From the NCBI RefSeq assembly GCF_006345805.1, contig NC_043019.1:930001-994000 (forward strand): DNA of 64,000 nt. Direction: 5' to 3'. The notes under the pieces were generated by a model. That model did not search any database, was not told where the DNA came from, and saw only the letters and a program-made list of their open reading frames with translations. The position numbers and the translations under genes are program-made. The stretch is from Octopus sinensis (taxonomy: Eukaryota). Shown here piece by piece: positions 51,516-64,000 of the stretch. Positions within the stretch are counted from its first letter, which is position 1; each line of letters opens with the position of its first letter.

Positions 51516-52011
51516 GTTGTTATATATATTATAATTGTTGTAGTTTTCGTTTCGTATGTTTGTGTTGTTTTCGCTGTATTGTCTTAAACTCCACCTTATT
51601 TCTAAGAACGTTTTTCAATCACAGATAGATAATCAATTGGATCCAACAGTCAGACAAACACATGAGTACGTCCTCATGAATGAAACATCCACAGTACTAA
51701 ATAGGAGATATACATAGAAGGCAGTGATACCCCAATACCCGCAGCTTTTACGCAGTTAGATGTTATAATAAGCTGCGATGTATACTATATATATATATAT
51801 ATATATATAATAAGTGTTGGTAATTGGCAGTTTTACATCATAAAGTCAGAGATATATACGTCACTACAGTGAACAAGGGTACAAATCAACAACGGTATTG
51901 CTAGAAATTAGAGCCAAAGCAACTCAGAAGCAACAACAAGCACTATCTGAATGAGTTGACGCGTGAGACAAGCCCCCTACGTTTACAGAGAGCTAGAACA
52001 GCGATGCTTTG

Positions 52012-52063
<52 letters not shown>

Positions 52064-53110
52064 GTATATGCATGCGTTAATATTTGATGAAAGTTTAATC
52101 AGGTTGTAGGAACCCATGGTATGTCACGCATAATGTGTAGCAGCATTTTTTCCGTTTTTGCTCTCGGACTTCGTATTCCACGAACGTGTATTCTGGCCTT
52201 CATCATTTCACGCTTGATAAAATGAGTACCAGTTAAGCCCTGGGATTGATGTAATCGATATCCCCACATCTCGAACTTGCTGGCGTTTTGCCAAAAGCTG
52301 GAATCTATATCTGATGAATGTAAGTGTATTCAGTAAGGAAATTACGCAAAGAAGGAGCGTATGCAATAAGACATATATTGCACACTTTACATGGTACTCT
52401 AATATCCAATATCATAAACATTTTTTATGAGTTTCAGATAATATTTTCCAAATGAATGATGTTACGTAACGATATTGGGATGACTTATAAAATTCAAAAC
52501 GTTGGCGAAGAAGCGAGCAAATCTCATAAAATGTGCTGCCCAGTGAGGAGAATGCGGATGCATTAAGCGTAATAGAAACACCCATTTCTTGTAAAAACGC
52601 AAATTCAAAAAATAAGAAATGAAGGAAAACTGCTTAAGTTGAATAATTTTATGTTTTCCTGTATTCAATTTGGATTTAAGAGTTTGCTTTCTGCAAAAAT
52701 ATTCTTTATACTGTTTCATTTTGTTACTTTTCTGAGCTCCCGAGTTTTTACGCTATATTATGATTTCATAATCCCATCATTAAGTTGATGTATTCCAACA
52801 ACTTTATATAGGATTCCCTGTTCTCCTTTCATCTGTATCATAGCCTATTTTTCAAGTCATAAACCCCGCTGATATTGGTAACAAATATTTTCACTGTTTG
52901 CAATAAGGAGTCGAGTTCATCTTTGCATTTGTCATAAAATATTTAAATCTCTCCATAATTACATGATTCATTTAAAAAATTTTTCTTTTCATTTTGGGTA
53001 TCTTTTCTTACCTTTCTTTCGAGTAACCAAGGATTGGATCAATGCAATTGCGAGCAAGACGGGAGAGAGAATCTCCTCTAGAAATTTATCTATTTTGATC
53101 TGAATATCTA

Positions 53111-53490
53111 TTTTACTCTTTTACTTATTTCACTCATTTGACTGTAGCCATGCAGGAGCACCGCCTTTAGTCAAGCAAATCGACCCCGGGACTTATTCTT
53201 GGGAAGCCTAGTACTTATTCTATCTGTCTCTTTTGCCGAACTGCTAAGTTACGGGGACGTAACATACCACCATCTGTTGTGATGTTGAAGGGTCAAACAC
53301 AGACACAAACATATACACACATATACATATATATACATACACATATAATCGACGGGCTTCTTTCAGTTTCCGTCTACCAAATCCACTCACAAGGATTTAG
53401 TAGACCTGAGGCTATAGTAGAATACACTTGACCAAGGTGCCACGCAGTGGGACTGAACTCAGAACCATGTGGTTGGTAAGCAAGCTACTT
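53111..53490 (-). mobile_element. SINE family C
   Basis: Reverse complement of the consensus. Confidence 0.85.
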
Positions 53491-54463
53491 GATGACACCG
53501 CTTCTTTTCAGTAATTTCATATGTCTTGTCACTGGCATCAAAACACTTTGAGATTTAGAAACGATCCATGCATCACTTGATCCACCAGTTCAGAGGTGAA
53601 ATCAAAATTATCGGCTTTCCCCTCCCCTCAAAATAGCTGGTCCAGAGCCAAAAATTGGAAACAATTTGAATTTCATCCTCCGGGGACCATTATATATACA
53701 TTGCCGCAATAATTCAGTTTACCGTTCATTTTACATTTGTTGACATATGGTTATGTAAGGAAAAATTGTTCATAAACTATCTTTTTCCTTTGTCTCATTA
53801 AGATGCTCTTTGCGTTGCTAATATTCTTTAATTAGATGCTTAATATCCTAGTCTATATTTTTAATAATATGGCGTGCATCACTTATGTCACACTTTAGAT
53901 CACAATCTGAAATTTAATTAAGAGACCATAGTATTTGATTTAACCTGAGTACCTTGTATGACCGAATTCTTGTTTTGTAATATCTGCTATAATTGTTTAA
54001 TTTTATTGTCCACCACCTACAATTAATTAATTTATACTCATCTGCTGCTAAAAGCTCAACTCTGTAGGTCTTTCATCTTCACATATTTTAATTGCTCTCA
54101 ACATGCGTTTATTGCGTTTTAAACATGAGGTAAAAAAACAATAACTTTTTGTCAGAACAAAGACTTTGATATTGTTATTAAAACAGTCAAACTTTCGACA
54201 TCGACATTTTATGATTGCTATTTAATTTTAATTAGAAAATAAGTACAGATAATACGGCTTTAAAGACTATTACAAGCATATTGTAATAAAACTGTCACTA
54301 CAATATTTTAATAAATGGCAGTAAATATTAGCTGAATATTTCAGAGATTAATGTATTTGGCTCTCCATGTTCTAGACAAATTTATTTTCCGAAACCCTTC
54401 GAGAGACTATTTAAGTAGAATATTTGATATTCGCTTCGTTTGAAGGAATGGTATGCTGTCGTA

Positions 54464-54689
54464 CGAGCTGGCAGAAACGTTAGCACGCTGGGCGAAATGC
54501 GTACCCGTATTTCGTCTGTCGTTACGTTCTGAGTTCAAATTCCGCCGAGGTCGACTTTGCCTTTCATCCTTTCGGGGTCGATAAATTAAGTACCAGTTAC
54601 GCACTGGGGTCGATGTAATCGACTTAATACCTATGTCTGTCCTTGTTTGTCCCCTCTGTCTTTAGCCCCTTGTGGGTAATAAAGAAATA
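54464..54689 (+). mobile_element. SINE-A monomer with perfect 17-bp TSD
   Basis: TSD GGTATGCTGTCGTACGA at 54450-54466 and 54690-54706. Confidence 0.9.
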
Positions 54690-55343
54690 GGTATGCTGTC
54701 GTACGAAGAAAGTGGGACAGAGAAAAATAATTTAGAAACCAAAACTTTCACATAGAAATAGATGTACGTAACGGTTCCTGTGGTGCTTGTGGAACGGACA
54801 AAATTGGTTGTCAAGGGAACGAGAAATGAGCGAGTCGTGAGTGCGCAAAGTAAAGCAGGCTCAACACAAGTCAGTTCCGGGGAAGAGACCCTTGTAATAT
54901 TACTAGAAAATGTAAATGCATGGTGAGAGAAAGTGAAGTTGGAAGAAGAAGAAAAGCAGCCCTCTGACCCAAGGACTAAGCAGTGAATCACCACTTTGTT
55001 CGATGAGATCCAGGACAGCTGTGAGTATAGTATCATCACTATCGTCGATGTAGGATTAGCACTCCAGTATGTATTACAGCCTTTTTATTTTGTTCAACTT
55101 AGAAATGTATATCTATTTATTTACAAGGGGTTAAACACAGGGGACAAACAAGGACAGACAAAGGGATTAAGTCGATTACATCGATCCCAGTGCGTAACTG
55201 GTACTTATTTAATCCAGGTTTATAATTTTCATAAAGAAGAAGGATTATACTTGCTAAATGAATGTATCATTCGTTGAGAACACCTCCAGTAATCGGAACA
55301 TTATTGTAAAGGCTAAATGTTGACGAAATAGCAAACACAAACC

Positions 55344-55573
55344 TATTTTTTACTAACCACAAGGGGCTAAACACAGCGAGGACAAACAAGGACAGACAAA
55401 CGGATTAAGTTGAGTATATCGACCCCAGTGTGTAACTGGTACTTAATTTATCGACCCCGAAAGGATGAAAGGCAAAGTCGACCTCGGCGGAATTTTAACT
55501 CACAACGTAACGGCAGACGAAATACCGCTAAGAGTTTCGCCCGGCGTGCTAACGTTTCTGCAAGCTCGCCGCC
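55344..55573 (-). mobile_element. SINE family A monomer
   Basis: Consensus match; a further partial copy at ~55110-55213. Confidence 0.85.
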
Positions 55574-56633
55574 TTTTAGATAAGGATATGTCAGAGGTTA
55601 TTTTCAGTTATCCAAGGTAGCGATCCTCATGGATAAGGGAACAAAACGTTGTGCTGCTCGAAAAAGAATAGATCTTAAAAAGTTCAGCAAAGCTGGCTAA
55701 TAGAAAGTGAGGTGTTTTATAGTTCGTAGATGTCTAGGCAGCGTGGCCAAATGTAGTAATTGGATGCTATTATAGGTGCAGATACGGTGATTTTTTTTTT
55801 TTAGAGTTTGATTCTGGTGCTGAAAACGAGTTCAAAGTGTTTTGGTCGAGCATGTCTGCCTAACGGACGACATCTATTCAATGTGAGGGTTCAGGTCGCA
55901 AAATATCCTTGCACTGGCGGCATTTATGTATGATGTTAAGAACTGTGACTTGTAAGCGGGTAGTTCTGGATTTGATACAAAATGCGTAGAACTTTGAACC
56001 AATCTCTCTCTCTCTCTCTCTCTATCTCTCTGTCTATCTATCTATCTATATATATATGTAGATAGGTAGATAAATGTAAATATGAATTTACTAATATGTG
56101 ATCATAGTAACGTTACAAAATACTGTCAGTAATAAGGTTTCACTAACATCACTAACAGCAATTTATCCTATAAAAATGTAAGGTTGTATTATACATATTA
56201 TATGCCCTGGATATTGTGACTTTTACATTAGTTGTAACATTACCAGTTACAATTTTTCTTCACAAGAAAACGTATCTATCATTATTATCTGCTATTACTG
56301 TATTAACATATCTGTAAGTCACTTCTTATCAGACTTGTTATGTTTACCCGAAGTTTTCTCGGTTACAATCAATAAAATGCCAAGCAAAATATAGCAAAAT
56401 ATATTGCCTGTTTTAATCACATTTTGTTTTCTTAACTTCTGCTTTCACGATTCGCCGATATCGATCTTAGCATTTATTATTTCATGGTGATTAAAATAAT
56501 TCCCAAATATTATTTTTGATTTTGTTACTTTCAGGCCCGGACGAACCTCTGTGCGATAAAATTATGGTAAAATGTGTTACGGCTATGAATGCCACTAGCT
56601 TTCCATATATGCAGCTATAATATCGAATTTGAA

Positions 56634-57047
56634 GGCGGCGAGTTGGCAGAAACGTTAGCACGCCGGGCAAAATGCATAGCGGTATTTCGTCTGCCATTAC
56701 GTTCTGAGTTCAAATTACGCCGAGGACGACTTTGCCTTTCATCCTTTCGGGGTCGATTAAATAAGTACCAGTTTCGCACTGGGGTTGATGTAACCGACTT
56801 AATCCGTTTGTCTGTCCTTGTTTGTCCTCTCTGTGTTTAGCCCCTTGTGGGTAGTAAAGAAATAAGTATTTCGTCTGCCGTTACGTTCTGAGTTCAAATT
56901 CCGCCGAGGTCGACTTTGCTTTTCATCCTTTCGGGGTCGATATATTAAGTACCAGTTTCGCACTGGGGTCGACGTAATCGACTTAATCCGTTTGTCTGTC
57001 TTTGTTTGCCCCTCTATGTTTATCCCCTTGTGGGCAATAAAGAAATA
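56634..57047 (+). mobile_element. SINE-A dimer
   Basis: Junction GTAAAGAAATAAGTATTTCG at ~56854-56873. Confidence 0.88.
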
Positions 57048-57608
57048 TATAATATCGAATTCGGTTGTTTTCTTAGGGAAACAAGCTATAACATGTTATA
57101 GATTTGGTTACCATTTCCAATAGGTATATGAGCTATGTACGTTCTCACTCACCGACACCTATATTATCAATCGATTAGATCAATGTAATTAACGATATGT
57201 CATTTTTGTTATGTATGTGTCTGTGTCAGCGTGTGAAAACTTCATTATTTTGATTAGCAAGGTGATGAATCAATCCAATCAATATAATCGATATATTTAT
57301 ATGTGTATATTATCTATGATATTATGCTTCAGAGAAGAGTTCGTATTAGTACATCAAACGGTATAGTCAATCGAAGAAACAAACTTTCACATGAAGAAAA
57401 TATTATGTCAATATATGAATATGATCAATATAATCCGAAAATCAATATTTACGGAGTTTTGTTATGATCATGAACATTTTAAGTTCATTTCTGTTTAGCA
57501 TAAGTTCGCTTTTTTTATCGATTTCCTCATGTAAAAAAAAAATATACGAAAATTGAATATAACATTCTACCATAGGACATCCATAGATTTAAATTAATAA
57601 ATAATAAA

Positions 57609-57843
57609 TGCGTCCTTTTAAAGCCTAGCCAAGTTCATGGGCCCGGTTTCCCGGTTTCAATGGCGTATGTTTTCTCCAGCCAGTCCATCCCAGCGTTACT
57701 CATTTTTGCCAGCTGAGTGGACTGGAGCAACGTGAAATGAAGTGTTTTGCTCAAGAACACAACTCGTCACCCGGTCCAGGAATCGAAACCACAATCGTAC
57801 GATCATGATGCTGACACCCTAACCACTAAGCCATGAGCCTCCA
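57609..57843 (-). mobile_element. CORE-like SINE carrying the same 3' tail as the family B variant at 2604-2909
   Basis: Minus-strand head GGAGGCTCATGGCTTAGTGGTTAGGGTG; CORE-like TTCTTGAGCAAAACACTTC; tail AAACCGGGCCCATGA..TTGGCTAGGCTTTAAAAGGACGCA. Confidence 0.75.
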
Positions 57844-58194
57844 TATAGATTTGAATTGGTAGTACATTTTATGTTACTTGAATTTCAGAAGTTATAAACT
57901 GTTTGACTACAAATATAAGAATATTTAGTTTCGTCATTCTAACTGCTCTAATCGTAATTCCACCGAAGTTTGATTTGCATTCCCGTTCTTTAGATTGTTT
58001 ATAAATATCTCTCTATTGCTCTGGAGTCGTCTCAGGAAATATTAGAAAACCACTACTATTTAATCGATTAACTTTTTCTTTTTCTTATAAAACCTATGAA
58101 CTGTATGAACGTAATAAATTCGTATTATATGGCAATCATTCTATAGTAAAATGATATTGAGGAACACTTGCCATTGTGATCTTTCTTTGCGGAT

Positions 58195-59890
58195 CGAGCT
58201 GGTAGAAACATTAGCACGACGGGGGAAATGCGTAAGGGTATTTCGTCTGCCCTTACGTTCTGAGTTCAAATTACGCCGATGTCGACTTTACCTTTCATCC
58301 TTTCGGGGTCGATAAAATTAAGTACCAGTTACGCACTGGGGTCGATGTAATCGACTTAATCCGTTTGTCTGTCTTTGTTTGTCCCCTCTATGTTTAGCCC
58401 CTTGTGGGTAGTAAAGAAATAGGTATTTCGTCTGCCGTTACGTTCTGAGTTCAAATTACGCCGATGTCGACTTTACCTTTCATCTTTCGGGGTCGATAAA
58501 TTAAGTACCAGTTACGCACTGGGGTCGATGTAATCGACTTAATCCGTTTGTCTGTCTTTGTTTGTCCCCTCTATGTTTAGCCCCTTGTGGGTAGTAAAGA
58601 AATAGGTATTTCGTCTGCCGTTACGTTCTGAGTTCAAATTACGCCGATGTCGACTTTACCTTTCATCCTTTCGGGGTCGATAAAATTAAGTACCAGTTAC
58701 GCACTGGGGTCGATGTAATCGACTTAATCCGTTTGTCTGTCTTTGTTTGTCCCCTCTATGTTTAGCCCCTTGTGGGTAGTAAAGAAATAGGTATTTCGTC
58801 TGCCGTTACGTTCTGAGTTCAAATTACGCCGATGTCGACTTTACCTTTCATCCTTTCGGGGTCGATAAATTAAGTACCAGTTACGCACTGGGGTCGATGT
58901 AATCGACTTAATCCGTTTGTCTGTCTTTGTTTGTCCCCTCTATGTTTAGCCCCTTGTGGGTAGTAAAGAAATAGGTATTTCGTCTGCCGTTACGTTCTGA
59001 GTTCAATTACGCCGATGTCGACTTTACCTTTCATCCTTTCGGGGTCGATAAAATTAAGTAACAGTTACGCACTGGGGTCGATGTAATCGACTTAATCCGT
59101 TTGTCTGTCTTTGTTTGTCCCCTCTATGTTTAGCCCCTTGTGGGTAGTAAAGAAATAGGTATTTCGTCTGCCGTTACGTTCTGAGATCAAATTACGCCGA
59201 GGTCGACTTTACCTTTCATCCTTTCGGGGTCGATAAATTAAGTACCAGTTTTGCACTGAGGTCGATATAATCGACTTAATGCGTTTTTCTGTCCGTGTTT
59301 GTCTTCTCTGTGTTGAGCCCCTTGTGGGTAGTAAAGAAATAGGTATTTCGTCTACCGCTACGTTCTGAGTTCAATTTACGCCGAGGTCGACTTTGCCTTT
59401 TATCATTTCGGGGTCGATCAATTAAGTACCAGTTACGCACTGGGGTTGATGTAATGGACTTAATCCATTTGTCTCTCCTTGTTTGTCTTCTCTGTGTTTG
59501 GCCCCTTGTGGGTAGTAAAGAAATAGGTATTTCGTCTGTCGTTACGTCCTGAGTTCAAATTCCACCGAGGTCGACTTTGCTTTTTATCCTTTTGGGGTCG
59601 ATAAATTAAGTACCAGTTACGCACTGGGGTCGATGTAGTCGACTTAATCCGTTTGTCTGTCCTTGTTTGTCCTCTCTTTTTGGCCCCTTGTGGGTAGTAA
59701 AGAAATAGGTATTTCGTCTGTCGCTACGTCCTGAGTTCAAATTCCACCGAGGTCGACTTTGCCTTTTATCCTTTCGGGGTCTATCAATTAAGTACCAGTT
59801 ACGCACTGGGGTCGATGTAGTCGACTTAATCCGTTTGTCTGTCTTTGTGTTTCCCCTCTGTGTTTAACCCCTTGTGGGTAGTAAAGAAAT
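58195..59890 (+). repeat. Tandem array of nine ~184-bp SINE-A units
   Basis: Units start at ~58237, 58422, 58605, 58790, 58974, 59158, 59342, 59526 and 59708; only the first has the A-box head. Confidence 0.95.
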
Positions 59891-60274
59891 TGATATCGAT
59901 GGTAAAATCTATAATCGGAACAGACGTCATATGTGCTTTACGTCATAGCATCAGGCAAATATGCATATTGTGGAAACAAACAGAAATTGACAGACTGCAC
60001 TATGATTGTTTTAGAAAATAAGACAACGTCATCATATTTATTGTTGGGAATAAAAAAGTGAGTTGCAAGATTCAATAACTTCCAATGCAAAATTTCTTGT
60101 AATGTTTTCTAATTAACGTGAAGTTAGTATCTCAGTTTTGATCGTACTAATACTACCAAAACAACGGAGCCAAATATAATTTTTCTAATTATAATTGCTC
60201 CTTCGTTGTTCCTTGAAGCTCTCAGAAAATGTTTCTCTCTCTCTCTCTCTCATTCCTCTCTTTCTCACTCTCTT

Positions 60275-60284
<10 letters not shown>

Positions 60285-60309
<25 letters not shown>

Positions 60310-60368
60310 ATATATATATGTATGTATACATATCTATATTATATACATATAAATATAAACATATATAT

Positions 60369-60423
<55 letters not shown>

Positions 60424-60764
60424 CATCTATATATAAATATATATATATATATACATATATATATAAATATATATATATATATACATATATATATAAATTA
60501 TATATACATATATTAAATATATATATACATATATATATAAATATATATATAATCATATATATATAAATATATATATAAATATATATAATATATATATACA
60601 TATATATATAAATATAATATATATACCATATATATAAATATATATATATATACATATATATATAAATATATATATATATACATATATATATAATATATAT
60701 ATATATAAATATATATATAAATATATATATATATACATATATATATAAATATATATATATATAC

Positions 60765-60810
<46 letters not shown>

Positions 60811-60821
60811 CATATATATAC

Positions 60822-60878
<57 letters not shown>

Positions 60879-61567
60879 TATAATATGTATATATATGTGA
60901 TATAACATATATATGTATATATATATGTATATATATATATATATAACATATATATATAAATAATATATATATATACATATATATAATACATATAATATAT
61001 ATATATACATATATATATACAATATATATATATATATACATATAATATAATATACATATATATATACATATATATATAATATACATATTATATACATATA
61101 TATATATAAATTATATTATATATAATATATATATATATATTACATATATATATAAATATTATATATATATTACATATAATATAAATATATATATAGATAT
61201 TACATATATATATAAATATATATATAATATATATATACATATATATATATAAATATATATATATATACATATATATATAAATATATATAATATATATTAT
61301 AAACATATATATATACCACACAACACATATATATATATATTATACATATATATATATATACATATATATAAAATCCTATATATATATATACAGATATTAA
61401 ATATATTTACAATATATATAAATATATATAATAATAATACATATATATATAAATGTATATAATATATATACATATATATAAATATATATATACATATATA
61501 TAAATATATATAACATATATATATAAATATATTAATATACATATTATATAAAATATATATAATATAC

Positions 61568-61604
<37 letters not shown>

Positions 61605-62308
61605 AATCTATATATATATACATATATATATAAATTATTATATATACATATATATAAATATATATGTACATTATATATAAATATATATATATACATATAT
61701 ATATAAATAATATATATATATACATATATATAAATAATATATATATAACATTATAATATAAATATATATATATAATATATATATAATATATATATATATA
61801 CATATATATATAAATATAATTATATATACATATATATAAATATATATATATACATATATATATAAATATATATATATATACATATATATATAAATATATA
61901 TTATATACATATATATATAAATATATATATATATATACATAATATATATATACATATATATATACATATATATATATATACATATATATATAAATATATA
62001 TTATATACATATATATATAAATCTATATATATATATACATATATATATTAAATATATATATATATATATATACAATTATCTATACATATATATATATATA
62101 ACATATATATATATACTATATATACATATATATATAAATATATATATATTATACATATATATACAAATATATTATATATACATATATATATAAATATATA
62201 TATATATATACATATATATTATAAATATATAGATATATATATAATATATATAAAATATATATATTATATATAAACATATATATAGCTATATACATATACA
62301 CACCACAC

Positions 62309-62350
<42 letters not shown>
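60285..62350. repeat. ~2-kb (TA)n-derived satellite with CA and AA interruptions
   Basis: Directly visible; recurring TATATACATATATATATAAA-type sub-units. Confidence 0.95.
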
Positions 62351-62353
<3 letters not shown>

Positions 62354-63199
62354 GAGCGCCATACTAATACAATTGTCCGTTTGTATTCCACCTGCCTTCG
62401 TCTTTTGTTTTTTTCATAAGCTTCCCGTTATATATATGTGTGTGTGTGTGTGTACATACATACATACATACATACATACACAAGATTCTGTATTTCTATG
62501 TATATATTTCTCTATATATATACTATTCTTTGTTTTTGGCTTTGTTTTTCCTTTATTTTCGCATCAACAGAGCAACTGTCAGCTTGTATATCAAAACAGA
62601 AATCAGTTTAAAGAAATTCTGTCAATGCTAATGAAACTAGAAGTTGAAGTCGTAGATTGAATCTATCACTATTCCTAGTTTCTCGCATTTTTAATGGGTT
62701 TTTTTTTTTCATATCTTCATATTGATTTAGGAAAACGCAATTTCTCGCAGATTTAGCAGCAGCAGAAAAGTCATACACCTAACCTGTAATGTCAAAATTG
62801 AGAAGATTTCATTTCGGGCATTGACCCCTACGATCTCCCTTGATGCTACTAATTCGCTTATCTTTTACTTTTTACAGTTATTGAAGTGCGGTGTTGCTGC
62901 GGCACCACCTTCAAGGGATTTCGTCGAACAAGTCGAAAGGATATTTATTTTTTTAACTTGGTACTTGTATGGTACGCTTTTGCGAAACCCACTAAGTTAT
63001 GGGGACGTACATAAACAAGTACTGGATATCAACGCGTGGTAGGAGTCATAACACACACACACACATATTTACCTAGATAGATATATAATATGCATATATA
63101 CATTATAGACATAGACACAAACATATATATATATAGATATATATATAATATATATAATATATATATATATAATATGTGTTTGTGTGTGTGTGTGTGTGT

Positions 63200-63420
63200 G
63201 TTTATGAGCGAAACACCTAAGCTCCACGCGGTTCCCACAGAAGGTAATAGCGAACTCTCTGGACTCTTTCGCCACAAATTTCTCTCAATCTTTCCTCCTA
63301 CATCTTGCAGCTCACCTGTGACGGACCAGCGTCCCGTCCAGGTGGGAAACATACACGCCAAGAAACTGGGGAAACCGGTCCTTATGAGCCAGGCGAGGTT
63401 CGAGAAGGAACCAACAACAA
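63200..63420 (+). mobile_element. Headless SINE family B variant
   Basis: GTTTATGAGCGAAACACCTAAGCTCCAC body; tail related to 2604-2909; ends in (AAC)n. Confidence 0.6.
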
Positions 63421-64000
63421 CAATATATATATATATTATATATATACATATATATATATAATATACATATATATATTATATATATATATATATATATTAT
63501 ATATATGTATATGTTTTTGTGTATGTGTGTCATGTTTAGGACTCCATGCAGATTATTTTATTGCAGATTGCTCCAGTATCGCGGTTAGGTAACTACTATA
63601 TGTAGTATCATTAGTGGTTCTGAAATACAGACCACATGTAAGAGAAATTAATATAAATATAAGCTATTATTATTATTATTAATTATTTCCTACGAATGTT
63701 TTCCAGTTATGGCTGTTTTGAACCCGACATTTGGTGTTCCATGTCCCTCTAGAGGCTAAACCCAATTTAAATTAAAATAAAGTATAAGGGTCACTAACCT
63801 TAATGGTTTAATACAGATATAAATACTTGCTGTGGGGCGAACATATAAAATATAACAGCAAAATATAATGCCCTTTAATTAATTGAATATTTAGTTATCA
63901 AAAATATCGTGTACCCCCACAGACACGCGTTCCCTTAACGAAATTCACTGATACCTTCAGCATGACAAACAAAGAATGCGACAAAGCTGGCTCATTTTGA

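Noticed and set aside
54707-55030. Purine-rich, coding-like stretch
   Set aside because: Stops in the plus-strand frames examined and no motif I can recognise; possibly an old retroelement scrap.
58195-59890. Possible CRISPR or tRNA gene cluster
   Set aside because: Units are contiguous SINE bodies with no unique spacers and no full cloverleaf.
60185-62010. Long YI/IY-repeat ORFs (also at 3.4, 10.8-11.2, 21.1-21.5, 41.6-42.9 and 63 kb)
   Set aside because: Translations of TA/CA microsatellites, not proteins.

Overview
AT-rich, repeat-dominated eukaryotic DNA. The SINE families and microsatellite load point to a coleoid cephalopod, most likely Octopus (inference from recognition, no database search). 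The only convincing host gene is missing from the ORF track because its stop codon lies outside the window. It is a minus-strand class A GPCR starting at the ATG at 560-558 and running off the left edge (186 codons, TM1-TM4, SADRY motif), of the allatostatin-C/somatostatin receptor family. The other ~63 kb is its upstream or 5' intronic region and is filled with: three or four tRNA-derived SINE families (my labels A, B, C and a CORE-like type); decayed R4-like, RTE and Penelope-like retroelements; Tc1/mariner relics; a MITE; a Helitron-like element; and long microsatellites. Nearly all ORFs in the track are artefacts of these repeats. The most interesting non-gene signals are (1) four hammerhead-ribozyme motifs, one with an intact core and three variant or decayed, apparently linked to Penelope-like elements; (2) SINE-A concatemers (dimers, a 5-mer inside one target-site duplication, a 9-mer) with recurrent junctions, suggesting multimeric source elements; and (3) a perfect 107-bp palindrome. 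Irregular TA tracts suggest noisy long-read assembly, so indels in repeats need caution.
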